Both the position numbers and the translations under genes were made by a program. A stretch of 64,000 nucleotides of DNA from Duncaniella sp. (GTDB lineage: Bacteria; Bacteroidota; Bacteroidia; Bacteroidales; Muribaculaceae). Below are positions 46,743-56,774 of this stretch, piece by piece. The notes under the pieces are model-generated. The model saw only the letters and a program-made list of their open reading frames with translations. It ran no database searches and was not told the origin of the DNA. The stretch is from assembly GCA_029060405.1 (NCBI GenBank), contig JAIDUB010000070.1, positions 15,372 through 79,371 of the forward strand. The letters run 5' to 3'. Numbering within the stretch: the first letter of the stretch is position 1; every line of letters begins with the position of its first letter.

Positions 46743-48130
46743 AAATAAACAAAGACGACATCCGCAACATCTATTTCGTGGGAGCCGGAGGCATAGGCAT
46801 GGCGGCCCTCGAACGATATTTTCTCGCCCAAGGCAAAAACGTGGCGGGGTATGACCTGACACCGAGCGAGCTTACAGCCGAGCTTGAGAAAGAGGGCGTG
46901 GCCATGACCTACGACTCTTCAGCCGATACGATACCCGACGCATTCCGCAATCAGGCTTCGACTCTGGTGGTGTACACACCTGCCGTTCCGGCCGATCTGC
47001 CCATATTGCGATGGTTCCGCGAGAATGGATTTGACGTAATCAAGCGTGCCGAACTGCTCGGCGTCGTGACCCGCGGCAGCCGCGGCCTCTGTTTTGCCGG
47101 TACCCACGGCAAGACCACCACTTCATCAATGGCTGCCCACATATTGCAGAGTGGCACCTCGGGGTGCAACGCTTTCCTCGGCGGTATCCTGAAAAACTAC
47201 GACAGCAATTTCCTGCTCTCGCCCTCCTCGCCCTACAGTGTGATCGAGGCCGATGAATTTGACCGGTCATTCCACCACCTCTCCCCTACCGTGGCCGTCA
47301 TCACAGCCACTGATCCCGACCATCTCGACATCTACGGAACCGAGGAAGCATATCTCGAATCATTCGCCCGCTTCACCGAACTTATACAGCCCGGCGGCAG
47401 CCTGATAGTTCATACCGGCCTGAAACTCAAGCCGCGTCCCGGTAAGGATGTGAAGGTATACACCTATTCGCGCGACGAAGGCGATTTTCATGCCTCATAC
47501 ATACGTCGCACTCCGGGCAACATCACTTTCGACATAGTCACACCCCTCGGCACTATCCGCAATATCAACCTCGGAGTACCCGTGGAGGTGAATATCGAAA
47601 ACGCCGTGGCCGCCGTGGCCGCCGTTACCGCAGCCGGATGCTTTGACGTGGAGTCGATACGTCAGGCTCTGAATACCTACGGCGGTATCAAGCGCCGCTT
47701 CGAGACATGGCTCAAGGAACCCGGTGAAAACGGCCGCGTGATTATCGACGATTACGCCCACCACCCGCAGGAAATCGAGGCCTCGATCAAGAGCGTCCGC
47801 TCGCTCTATCCCGGCCGCCGGCTTACGGTGGCATTCCAGCCTCATCTCTACACCCGTACACGCGATTTCGCCCCTGAATTCGGCGCGGCTCTGTCGCAGG
47901 CCGACGAAGTGATACTCGTCGACCTCTACCCTGCCCGCGAGCTTCCCATCGAGGGAATTTCCACCGAAACCATCGCCCGGCACATAAAAAACACTCCCGT
48001 GACGATGATTCCTAAAGAAAATTTGGCAAAGTCGCTCGAAAACCGTAACTTTGACATATTGTTGACCATGGGCGCCGGTGATATGGTCAACGAGCTTCCC
48101 GCTGTGGTCGAAGCCGTGAGCGCCCGCTGA
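46739..48130 (+). CDS. murC: UDP-MurNAc:L-Ala ligase
   Basis: GAGGIGM, AGTHGKTTT, EADEFDRSF, DHLD, DDYAHHP, FQPHLYTRT, MGAGD. Confidence 0.97.
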   Translation: MKINKDDIRNIYFVGAGGIGMAALERYFLAQGKNVAGYDLTPSELTAELEKEGVAMTYDSSADTIPDAFRNQASTLVVYTPAVPADLPILRWFRENGFDVIKRAELLGVVTRGSRGLCFAGTHGKTTTSSMAAHILQSGTSGCNAFLGGILKNYDSNFLLSPSSPYSVIEADEFDRSFHHLSPTVAVITATDPDHLDIYGTEEAYLESFARFTELIQPGGSLIVHTGLKLKPRPGKDVKVYTYSRDEGDFHASYIRRTPGNITFDIVTPLGTIRNINLGVPVEVNIENAVAAVAAVTAAGCFDVESIRQALNTYGGIKRRFETWLKEPGENGRVIIDDYAHHPQEIEASIKSVRSLYPGRRLTVAFQPHLYTRTRDFAPEFGAALSQADEVILVDLYPARELPIEGISTETIARHIKNTPVTMIPKENLAKSLENRNFDILLTMGAGDMVNELPAVVEAVSAR

Positions 48131-48135
48131 AAGTC

Positions 48136-49047
48136 ATGAATCTGAAACGGTATGTGCCCATAGTCCTCTCGGTGATTCTCGCCGCCTATCTGGTGGTGAC
48201 GATCTTCGTTACAGCCCACGCCGGCGACGACGTGAGGTGCACCGGCATGACCGTGACCGTCGACGACAATTCACCCCACCCCTTCGTGACTGCGGGTGAG
48301 CTCATGCGCGAGCTTGACTCGCTGCCGGCGCTTGCCTCGGGAATGTATCTGCGCGAGATCAATCCTCAGGCTGTGAAGCGCACACTCATGGCTATCGACA
48401 AGATCGAGGACGTATCGGTGGAAACCTTTACCGATGGAAAGATCGAGATTAAGGTGACTCCGATTATTCCGGTGGCGCGTGTGTTTGACGGCGACCGTTC
48501 CTACTATATCAACCGCTCGGGCAAGCGCGTCACTGCCACCGCACGCTACCATAAGGACGTGCCAGTCATCGCGGGGCATTTCCCCGAGACCGATACCGTA
48601 TTCACCCCCGAGAGTCTGCTGCCGCTGATCGATTTCATAGCCGCCGACTCGGTATGGAGCCGCTATGTGACCATGATAGAGGCTAATTCGGCCGGTGATA
48701 TAGTGCTCGTGCCGGCCATACGCGACCATGTGGTGCTCCTCGGCTCGGCCGATAACCTGAAAGACAAGTTTCACCGCCTGCGCCGTTTCTATACCGAAGT
48801 GCTAAGCCGCCGCGGTTATGAGACCTACGATACGATCTCGCTCAAGTGGCGCGGACAGATCGTGGCCACCCGACGCAAGAAGAATCTCGATCCCGTAAGA
48901 ACCTTCGGTCAGGACGACGACGAGGCTGTCGACACCACGGTGATGCTCACCGCCGAGAATGTGGCTCCGGGTCGCACACTCCCGGGTCAGAAAGCCCACA
49001 GCGAGAAACCTATTCCTGCCAAAACTTCAAAACAACCCAATCCCTGA
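48136..49047 (+). CDS. ftsQ: cell division protein FtsQ
   Basis: N-terminal TM, POTRA-like region, P.ARVF; position between murC and ftsA. Confidence 0.85.
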   Translation: MNLKRYVPIVLSVILAAYLVVTIFVTAHAGDDVRCTGMTVTVDDNSPHPFVTAGELMRELDSLPALASGMYLREINPQAVKRTLMAIDKIEDVSVETFTDGKIEIKVTPIIPVARVFDGDRSYYINRSGKRVTATARYHKDVPVIAGHFPETDTVFTPESLLPLIDFIAADSVWSRYVTMIEANSAGDIVLVPAIRDHVVLLGSADNLKDKFHRLRRFYTEVLSRRGYETYDTISLKWRGQIVATRRKKNLDPVRTFGQDDDEAVDTTVMLTAENVAPGRTLPGQKAHSEKPIPAKTSKQPNP

Positions 49048-49090
49048 AAAATCCCTCCGTTATACCACATATCCCTGACACACATCAGTT

Positions 49091-50602
49091 ATGGAAGAAA
49101 AACTTATTGTCGCCCTTGAGATAGGCAGCTCGAAAATAAAAGGAGCAATCGGTGAGGTAGAACCCACCGGAGCGCTCACAGTAAAAGCAATCGAAGAGGA
49201 AAAGCTCACCGACAGCGTGCGCTATGGCCTGATACGCAATGTAGCCGAGGTAGCCGAGGCTATAACCACCGTGATCAAGCGCCTCGAAGCCCGCGAGCCT
49301 GACCGCACCATCACCGGTGTGTATCTCTCCGTGGGAGGCCGCTCGCTGATGTCGCAGGTTGTGGATGTGGACCGCCGTCTGCCCGACGAGATGGAAATCA
49401 CCGGAGCGCTTATCGAGGATATCACCCGCGAGGCGCTGCAACAGCCCCTCGAGGACCGCAAGGTAGTGGATGTGACTCCGCGCGAATTCCGTGTCGACAA
49501 TGCGCCCGTGTCGCGTCCGGTAGGCACTTATGGCCATCACCTGCAGGCCAAGCTCAATATAATCTCGCTGCGCAACCAGATATGGCGCAATCTCAATCAT
49601 GTGGTTAAAGAGCGACTGGGACTGCGCATCAACGATTTCTTCGTTCGTCAGATCGCCGAGGCTGATCTGGTGCTCCTTACCGATGAGAAGCGTCTGGGAT
49701 GTGCCTTGGTAGATTTCGGAGCGGAGACCACCACCATATCGATCTACAAGCATGGTGTATTGCAGTATCTCGCCACGCTGCCCATGGGGTCGCGCAACAT
49801 CACCCGCGACATCACAGCCTTGAATCATCTCGAGGAGCGTGCTGAAGAGCTCAAGATTACCGGTGGAAACGCCCAGCCGCTGGCTGACCAGTCGGCTCCC
49901 GGTGCCGCATTCTCAGGCGGCGCGCGCGACTATGCCGACATCAACAATTACGTTTCGGCACGTGCCGGAGAGATTATTGCCAACATTGCCGCCCGTATCA
50001 AGGCGGCAGGTTTCAGCGCCGAACTTCTGCCCGCAGGTATCGTGATAGTGGGACGCGGCGCACGTCTGACCAACTTCAACCAGCGCCTCCAGACCGAGAC
50101 CGGCATGAAAGTGCGTGCCGGTGTCCCCGGAGCCAAAGTGCGCATCAACGACAGCCGCATCACACCCAGCGATGCGGTGGATGTGATATCCATACTCGCG
50201 GCGGCAGCCGCAGCTCCCGAGCAGTGCATGCCGCTCAATGTATCGGAACCCGTATTTGTGGCCGAATCAGCGCCCGTGATAATGCCCGAGCCCGAGAAGC
50301 CCGCAGCCGAGCCGCGCAAACCGGCTCCCGCTCCCGCCGCTCCCTCCCAGCCCTATACCCCGCGCCCGGCTCAGCCACAGCCTGCTCAGCCACAGCCTGT
50401 GCAGAAGCCCGTGCAGGAGCGTCATGAGCAGCCGCAGCCACCCGTGCAACCCGCCACGCAGCCGGCACATAAACCTGCGCCCGAACCTGCCGATGAGCCC
50501 CGCAAGCAGGGATTCGGCTCAAGATTATGGGGAAAATTCACCCAGCGTGTGGCCGACCTGCTGTCGGAGCCTGCCGATGACGATGAGGATGCCGATGAAT
50601 AA
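49091..50602 (+). CDS. ftsA: cell division protein FtsA with long Pro/Gln-rich linker
   Basis: ALEIGSSKI, LVDFGAETTT, GSRNITRDI..AEELK; C-terminal amphipathic helix RLWGKFTQRVADLL. Confidence 0.93.
   Translation: MEEKLIVALEIGSSKIKGAIGEVEPTGALTVKAIEEEKLTDSVRYGLIRNVAEVAEAITTVIKRLEAREPDRTITGVYLSVGGRSLMSQVVDVDRRLPDEMEITGALIEDITREALQQPLEDRKVVDVTPREFRVDNAPVSRPVGTYGHHLQAKLNIISLRNQIWRNLNHVVKERLGLRINDFFVRQIAEADLVLLTDEKRLGCALVDFGAETTTISIYKHGVLQYLATLPMGSRNITRDITALNHLEERAEELKITGGNAQPLADQSAPGAAFSGGARDYADINNYVSARAGEIIANIAARIKAAGFSAELLPAGIVIVGRGARLTNFNQRLQTETGMKVRAGVPGAKVRINDSRITPSDAVDVISILAAAAAAPEQCMPLNVSEPVFVAESAPVIMPEPEKPAAEPRKPAPAPAAPSQPYTPRPAQPQPAQPQPVQKPVQERHEQPQPPVQPATQPAHKPAPEPADEPRKQGFGSRLWGKFTQRVADLLSEPADDDEDADE
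50369..50398 (+). repeat. 15-bp tandem duplication in the ftsA linker
   Basis: GCTCAGCCACAGCCT x2 (AQPQP x2). Confidence 0.9.
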
Positions 50603-50672
50603 CACATGCCTCTCTCTATATATATGATTAACCTACTCAACACAATAACTGAATAATACACCGCATCCTATT

Positions 50673-52052
50673 ATGGACAACGCAAATATAAGCAGCCCTA
50701 TCGACAATCTCGATAACGCTCAGGATTTCTTCACCGAGACCCCGACCCACCGCGTGTATATCAAAGCTATCGGCGTGGGCGGCGGCGGCAACAATGCCGT
50801 CGACCACATGTACAAGACAGGTATACGCGAGGTATCGTTTGTAAACATCAATACTGACCGTCAGGCTCTCCAGAATTCCAAGGTGCCTCTGCGCATGGAG
50901 ATCGGCGACGGACTCGGTGCGGGCGGTGATCCCGAGGTTGCACGCCAGTATGCCGAGGAATGCGCCGACAAGATCTCCACGCTTTTCGACGACGAGACCC
51001 AGATGGTGTTCGTCACCGCCGGTATGGGTGGCGGAACCGGTACGGGAGCAGCTCCCGTGGTGGCCCGTATAGCCCGCGAGAAAGGCATGCTTACAATAGG
51101 TATCGTCACCATCCCGTTCCTGTTTGAGGGACAGTGGAAGATACGTCAGGCTCTTGCCGGTGCCGATGAGATGGCCAAGCACGTCGACTCCCTTCTGGTG
51201 GTCAACAACGAGCGCCTGAGCGATATCTACGGTGATCTCGACTTTATCAACGCTTTCGGTAAGGCCGACGATACGCTTGCCGTGGCCGCACGCTCGCTTT
51301 CCGAAATCATCACTTCGACCGGTCATATCAACCTTGACTTCAAGGATATCAATGCCACCCTCCGCAATGGCGGCGCTGCAATCATATCATCGGGCTATGG
51401 CGAAGGTGAGCACCGCGTTACGCAGGCCATTGAGGATGCCCTCAACTCGCCCCTGCTCAAGGATCGCGACATAATGGGCTCGAAGCGACTGCTGTTCAAT
51501 CTCTTCTTCTCGCGCGAGGCCCAGAATTCGTTCCGCATGTCGGAGGTCAACGAAATCACCGATTTCATCTCATCGATCAATCAGGACGTGAAAGTGATAT
51601 GGGGTGTGGCATTTGACGAGTCGCTTGGCGAAAAGGTGAAGATGACAATTCTCGCCACCGGTTTCGACGTTACCATAAAGGACGGCGAGAAAGACAAGCC
51701 CGCGGCGAATACCGATAAAAATGAACCTGCACGCGGCGGCGACACCATAGTGTTCACTCCTGAAAAGCCTGCCGAACCGAAACCGAAAGCCGAGACAATC
51801 GACGACCACCGTATCACCGAGGAATACGGCAAAGGCAAGCTCGACAATCTGATAGGCGGTAAAGAGCGCGCATCTTATATCATTCTTGCCGACAATCAGC
51901 TCGACGACGATGATATTTGCGACATTCTCGAAAAGACTCCCGCATATCGCCGCGACCGCAAGCTTGTGGAGCAGGTCAAGAACGGCCAGACGGCTTCCAT
52001 GCCCGCACCCGATCCTATGGGCGCGGATAAAGGCCGCACATTCTCGTTCTGA
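50673..52052 (+). CDS. ftsZ: cell division protein FtsZ
   Basis: IGVGGGGNNAV, INTDRQAL, GLGAG, AGMGGGTGTG, NLDFKD. Confidence 0.98.
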   Translation: MDNANISSPIDNLDNAQDFFTETPTHRVYIKAIGVGGGGNNAVDHMYKTGIREVSFVNINTDRQALQNSKVPLRMEIGDGLGAGGDPEVARQYAEECADKISTLFDDETQMVFVTAGMGGGTGTGAAPVVARIAREKGMLTIGIVTIPFLFEGQWKIRQALAGADEMAKHVDSLLVVNNERLSDIYGDLDFINAFGKADDTLAVAARSLSEIITSTGHINLDFKDINATLRNGGAAIISSGYGEGEHRVTQAIEDALNSPLLKDRDIMGSKRLLFNLFFSREAQNSFRMSEVNEITDFISSINQDVKVIWGVAFDESLGEKVKMTILATGFDVTIKDGEKDKPAANTDKNEPARGGDTIVFTPEKPAEPKPKAETIDDHRITEEYGKGKLDNLIGGKERASYIILADNQLDDDDICDILEKTPAYRRDRKLVEQVKNGQTASMPAPDPMGADKGRTFSF

Positions 52053-52070
52053 GCGGTGCTTTAATATTTA

Positions 52071-52115
52071 CGTAGGCTTCCGATGCGATACAGCAGTGGA
52101 AGCCTACGCTCTTTT
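52071..52115. terminator. probable bidirectional terminator
   Basis: CGTAGGCTTCC (52071-52081) and GGAAGCCTACG (52098-52108), then CTCTTTT; lies between convergent genes. Confidence 0.75.
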
Positions 52116-52128
52116 ACTCCTGAGCCGT

Positions 52129-53391
52129 TCAGCGTGGCAATATGAACCGCAGGCCGGCCGTGAGGCTGAAATTGACGGGGTGAGCATGGTAAATGGACGG
52201 CACCCGTGAATGGTTGGACGGATAGTATACCATACTTGGCTCGATGTAGATACCCAAATATTTCACCGGTCGATACTGTAAACCCACACCGGCACTAAGC
52301 GACCATTGCAGAGGCTCATGAGTGTACGATTCACGCGTAGGATCGGGCGCGTCGTCGGCTATGACGGTAATGAATGCGTCACCCTTCACGCATTTCTCCA
52401 CTGCTCCTCCGGCCGATACATAAAAATCCACAGCCCCAGGTGAGGCGATCCTGTATTTAAGAGTCAGGGGGATGCCGATATAATTAAGACGGTATTTTGT
52501 GAGAGTAACACGGTCATCACGGCTCACCCGTTCCTCCGATGACAGACGGGAATACATCAGACCCGTCTCAACAGCAAGGCGATCATTAAAACTGTATTGC
52601 AAGGTAAGTCCCAACCTGAAGGGAACGCCGTAATGGGTTTCGGTAGTTTCTTCCTCCTTTACCGGAGTGTCGGGCACAGGGCCGTTACTGTTACTTCCGG
52701 GAGGAGTCACGCAGTCAGTTCCGGGAGGAATCACGCAGTCAGATTGATTGCCGCCGGGAAAAGTGGAGCCAACTGTACCACCCGACTGCGAGGCGCAGGC
52801 GGTAAGAATTCCTATGGATAATTGTCCCGCTGAGCGTTTGCCATCGGATGGAGCGCCGGCTATGTATCGGTGAGTTGAACCCGAAACCGACGGACGGTAG
52901 ACGGGAACAGTGTCGCCGGATTCCGCGGGAATATTCTGTACCTCATCACTTGCGGGTGCTAATTTTTCGCTGCTGTCAGCGGAGACGCCCATAGGAGTAT
53001 TGTCAGCGGGGCGATGCTGTATAGATGTAATGTGACGGGAGCATACATGAGTATCATTGTCGGCCGGAATGGCAGGTTTTTCGTCGAGAGGATGCGGCGC
53101 GGGAGCTGTGTTCGTTATTTTAATATTTGCGGGAGATTGTGATAAGTCGCCGTCGGTCAAGAACAATAAACCTATACCGGCTGACAATAACAGAGCAATG
53201 CCGGCGACGATTATGCGCCGATAGAAGCGTCGAGGTTGCAATAACGCGATGACATGTTTCCTCGCCGGAGGTGCGGGAGAGTATGCCGGAATTGTTTCCG
53301 CAAGACTTTCCCATAATCCTTCGGGCGGCGCCTGCTCGTAGTCAGAGAGCGCGTTACGCAGTAGGTCGTTCCACTTGTCGTTTGTCATCAT
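52129..53391 (-). CDS. anti-sigma-like protein: cytoplasmic N-terminus, one TM, low-complexity linker, C-terminal outer-membrane beta-barrel (PorT-like)
   Basis: WNDLL...DYEQAPPEGLWESL; TM IIVAGIALLLSAGIGLLFL; FRLGLTLQY, VETGLMYS, LNYIGIPL, WSLSAGVGLQY, LTAGLRF. Confidence 0.8.
   Translation of the reverse strand: MMTNDKWNDLLRNALSDYEQAPPEGLWESLAETIPAYSPAPPARKHVIALLQPRRFYRRIIVAGIALLLSAGIGLLFLTDGDLSQSPANIKITNTAPAPHPLDEKPAIPADNDTHVCSRHITSIQHRPADNTPMGVSADSSEKLAPASDEVQNIPAESGDTVPVYRPSVSGSTHRYIAGAPSDGKRSAGQLSIGILTACASQSGGTVGSTFPGGNQSDCVIPPGTDCVTPPGSNSNGPVPDTPVKEEETTETHYGVPFRLGLTLQYSFNDRLAVETGLMYSRLSSEERVSRDDRVTLTKYRLNYIGIPLTLKYRIASPGAVDFYVSAGGAVEKCVKGDAFITVIADDAPDPTRESYTHEPLQWSLSAGVGLQYRPVKYLGIYIEPSMVYYPSNHSRVPSIYHAHPVNFSLTAGLRFILPR
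52695..52742. repeat. 24-bp tandem duplication inside the anti-sigma gene
   Basis: TTCCGGGAGGA(G/A)TCACGCAGTCAG x2, encoding DCVIPPGT and DCVTPPGS. Confidence 0.9.
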
Positions 53392-53951
53392 CTGTTATGT
53401 TTTGATTGATATTCTCTTATGCTGCGGGCAAGCATGGCTTTGGCACGATGGAATCTTGATGCCGACGAGGATTCCTTTATATTCAGAATCCGGGCTATAT
53501 CGCGGTGGCTGCGGCACTCGAAAACGTAGAGGTTGAGTACCGTGCGGTAGGGGGGCGGAAGAGCACGTATCATTTCATGGAGTGCATCGGCGGGAATCCC
53601 GTCTAATTGAGGTTCTATGTCGGTCTCCGCTATATCATCGGGGAGGGTCTCAAGACAGGATATGTTGTAGTTGCGACGCAGGGTTTTCAATGCTTCGTTG
53701 ACAACAATGCGGGTAAGCCACGCTTTCAGTGAGCCCGCCCCGCGGTATTCAAATGACTGCAGTGCGGTGAATATCTTCAGAAAACTGTCGTGGAGCGTAT
53801 CTTTGACAGCGCAGGTATCAGACAGATAGCGGGTGCATACGCCGGTAAGATAACCTGCGTATGCACGATATACCGCTTCGGGTGCGCCCGGATCGTGTCC
53901 CGATATGAGAGCGACTACGGCAGCTTCCGTGTCGTTACAACTGCGAGTCAA
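53388..53951 (-). CDS. ECF RNA polymerase sigma-70 factor
   Basis: KDTLHDSFLKIF, LKAWLTRIVVNEALKTLR, LPPPYRTVLNLYVFE..SH.DIA..LNI.E.SS.SR..RAK. Confidence 0.92.
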   Translation of the reverse strand: MTRSCNDTEAAVVALISGHDPGAPEAVYRAYAGYLTGVCTRYLSDTCAVKDTLHDSFLKIFTALQSFEYRGAGSLKAWLTRIVVNEALKTLRRNYNISCLETLPDDIAETDIEPQLDGIPADALHEMIRALPPPYRTVLNLYVFECRSHRDIARILNIKESSSASRFHRAKAMLARSIREYQSKHNR

Positions 53952-53957
53952 GGATAA

Positions 53958-55169
53958 TCAGAATTTAGTAACTGCGCCTATGAACAGTATAGTATCGGAT
54001 ATTGTGTCGCGGATTATGTAGATAAACGGATTTTCAAATATGATAAAATTGGGGCAGGCATTTTCCACTCCCACCATTGTCGCACCGGCGGCTTCCGTGC
54101 CTTCTTCGTCAACGATAAGCCTTACACCATGGCGCACCGTGACAATAAAGAATGATTCGTTTTCGCTGATGCCGTTGAAACCTTTGTTGTTCAATCCCAT
54201 CTCATTAAGGCGGTCAAGGAGTTCCAGCGATACACTTGCCTCAAATCGAGGTATACCGATTAATGCCTCGGTGGATTTATACTGTGAGTCGAGATTCCTC
54301 AGCGAGGCTGCCGAAAGCTGCGAGAGCATGGAATCGAAATCTCCTTCGGCCTCCGGCATGATAATGGTCATGGTAAATCGGTCGCCGAGATAGGGGAGGC
54401 GTATGCTTTGGATTCCGTCGGTGGCTGCATAGTCTATCTTGCCTTCGCGGTGCATGTATTGAGCGTCGCTCACGCTTCCGTCGAGATTGCGGAATGAACC
54501 GCGGGCAGTAAGATTCTTGTCAAAAGCTTCTTTCCACGCTCCTTTGAAATAAGTGGTGTTGATCATGGCTACCCTTATATCGAGAGGTGAGGTCAGGAAT
54601 TCCGGAATCAGACCGTGGGTGTGATCGCTTATGTACCTGTTTATTTCCTTCATTCCGTTCATATCGCTCAGAGTTGTCCGGAAGATATCAGCGTCAAATA
54701 TATTTTTAATGTTGGAGGCAAACACAGGATTGATTGCAACATCGGGGCTGTACCAGAGTGAATTGGCATACTCGCAATCGGTCGTACCGTTTAGGGAGCG
54801 TGTCTCGGTAAGGAGAGCGTTGCAGTATATGTTGAGTTCCGAAAGTCCGTCGTGGCCGTAACCGAGTACGTCGAGCACATTATTACGCGCGGCCCCGTTA
54901 TCACCGTTAGCTGACATGGCGAGTGCGGCAAATACGCTCACCGGGGAGAGGCACAGATTCTCAGGCTCGGCGGCAAAACTTTTTTTGAACAGATCTAATG
55001 CAAATCCGTTGGCCTTGTCGATGTTGTGCGCGTCTATCGAGCTGAGTGGAACGGATTCCCATTCTACCGGACACACTGCAGGTAAGGGTGCGGGCTGATT
55101 GTCAACTTCAGAACAAGCCGGGAGAATGATCGCCAGCGAGGAAAGAATTGTAAATGCAGAAATTTTCAT
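53958..55169 (-). CDS. serpin family lipoprotein
   Basis: Lipobox LPAC; NLCLSPVSV, NSLW, IN.YISDHTHGLI, NTTYFKGAW, IPRFE, hinge DEEGTEAAGAT, ENPFIYIIRD...ILFIG.V. Confidence 0.93.
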   Translation of the reverse strand: MKISAFTILSSLAIILPACSEVDNQPAPLPAVCPVEWESVPLSSIDAHNIDKANGFALDLFKKSFAAEPENLCLSPVSVFAALAMSANGDNGAARNNVLDVLGYGHDGLSELNIYCNALLTETRSLNGTTDCEYANSLWYSPDVAINPVFASNIKNIFDADIFRTTLSDMNGMKEINRYISDHTHGLIPEFLTSPLDIRVAMINTTYFKGAWKEAFDKNLTARGSFRNLDGSVSDAQYMHREGKIDYAATDGIQSIRLPYLGDRFTMTIIMPEAEGDFDSMLSQLSAASLRNLDSQYKSTEALIGIPRFEASVSLELLDRLNEMGLNNKGFNGISENESFFIVTVRHGVRLIVDEEGTEAAGATMVGVENACPNFIIFENPFIYIIRDTISDTILFIGAVTKF

Positions 55170-55228
55170 AATGGAAAGGTTTGAGTTTTTGTTTCTATCC
55201 GTTAAATCCTGACACCCGCAGATTCTTG

Positions 55229-55236
55229 CAAAAATA
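55229..55236 (-). promoter_or_regulatory. -7 element upstream of the serpin operon
   Basis: CAAAAATA on + strand (TATTTTTG on -). Confidence 0.45.
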
Positions 55237-55310
55237 AGAAAAAATTTTTTACATTTCTATACTTTTTCCTCTAAAATGTTGATTATAAGGCGATAAAGAG
55301 ACTCTCGGAT

Positions 55311-56774
55311 TCATTCCTTGCGGTCGTCGACCTGAATGGAGGGGTTGAGGAAGTAGAGCTGACGCGTGGCGCGGGAGGCGGCGGTATACAGCCAGCGGTA
55401 GAAATCGAGGCCTAAAGCATCGTCGGCTATGCCGCCCAGATCCACTATCACGTTGCGCCACTGCGCGCCCTGCGCCTTGTGACAGGTGATGGCATAGGAA
55501 TATTTCACCTGAAGGGCATTGAAATATTCGTCGCTGCGCAGCCGCGACAGTCGCGTGGAGTCGGGCGTTCCCGGAGGATTTACCTCGGGATCATTCATGC
55601 GTGCCAAGGCCAGCCGCTCCATCTGTTCGCGTGAGAGCGACGGGTACTCGCTCGTGAGAGTGTCGAGGATAATCTTGCAGTCGATTTCCTTCTCGTGATG
55701 GGTGAGGCGCAGCGTTACGTCGGCAAATCGGAATCCGTAGCGTCGCTCGGTGGAATTGACCTGCGTCACTATCGCCATGTCGCCGTTGGCTATGAAGTCG
55801 AGATCCTTGATTTTGGTGGAGTACATGTAATTGTTGCGGGCCACCATGAGCCGCTCTCCGCGACACAGTTCCTCCTCGCTGTAGAGTATCTGCGAGCGCA
55901 CGGCCAGATTGAATGCCACGGCGCGCTTGTTGGAGCGGGTGATGAGGATGGTCTCGTCGGGCGTGTCGCGGCTGTAGCATTGCGCTATCACGTCTATGAT
56001 ATCTTCGCCTGTTATTACCTTCACATCATCGAGCCCGGCGGTGATGAGGCGCGGGCGGGGCAGGGGATTGGCGAGCATGGCGCGACGCAGCTGGGTGGCG
56101 TTGCGCAATATTCCGGAGTTACGCTGCTGGCGGGCTGTATCGGTGAGCGTGGCGCGCGATACGTGCAGCCCCATTTCCTTAAGCTTTCCGGGGCTCATGG
56201 CAGGGGAGAGGTCGGTGCCCACGGGTGGGAGCTGAGCGGTGTCGCCCGACAGTATCAGTCGGCATCCTTCGCCTGTGAAAATGTGCTGCAGCAGGTCCTC
56301 GAGCAGCCCTGAACCGGGATTACCGTCGGCGTCGGCGGTGGAGTCGCCTATCATCGAGGCCTCGTCGACTATGAATACCGCGCCGGGAGTCTTGTTGTCG
56401 CGCACGGCGCGTGAGTGTTCGAGCAGTCGGCCTGTGGCGCCGTAATATATACGGCGGTGAATTGTCGATGCCGGATATGATGCCGAGGTGCTGAATACCT
56501 TGGCGGCGCGTCCGGTGGGAGCGAGGAGCACCACCGGGATGCGTATAGCAGTCAGAGCCTTGACAAGAGCGCCTATCAGCGACGTCTTGCCCGTGCCGGC
56601 ATATCCGGCGAGTATGAATACCGAGTCGCTGGGCGTTGACGATGAGCAGAATCGTGCCAGCGCCTCAGCCACAAGCCGCTGCTGTGAGTTGGGACGGAAC
56701 GGCAGCCGCTCTATGATCATGGCTGCGAAATCGTCGGTGGAGATGGGTGCGGGACCGGTGGATTCAGAACTCAT
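55311..56774 (-). CDS. RecD-like SF1 helicase / AAA ATPase
   Basis: GYAGTGKTS, LLAPTGRAA, TIHRRIY, VDEASM, GDTAQLPPVG, YAITCHKAQG, WLYTA.SRA. Confidence 0.9.
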   Translation of the reverse strand: MSSESTGPAPISTDDFAAMIIERLPFRPNSQQRLVAEALARFCSSSTPSDSVFILAGYAGTGKTSLIGALVKALTAIRIPVVLLAPTGRAAKVFSTSASYPASTIHRRIYYGATGRLLEHSRAVRDNKTPGAVFIVDEASMIGDSTADADGNPGSGLLEDLLQHIFTGEGCRLILSGDTAQLPPVGTDLSPAMSPGKLKEMGLHVSRATLTDTARQQRNSGILRNATQLRRAMLANPLPRPRLITAGLDDVKVITGEDIIDVIAQCYSRDTPDETILITRSNKRAVAFNLAVRSQILYSEEELCRGERLMVARNNYMYSTKIKDLDFIANGDMAIVTQVNSTERRYGFRFADVTLRLTHHEKEIDCKIILDTLTSEYPSLSREQMERLALARMNDPEVNPPGTPDSTRLSRLRSDEYFNALQVKYSYAITCHKAQGAQWRNVIVDLGGIADDALGLDFYRWLYTAASRATRQLYFLNPSIQVDDRKE

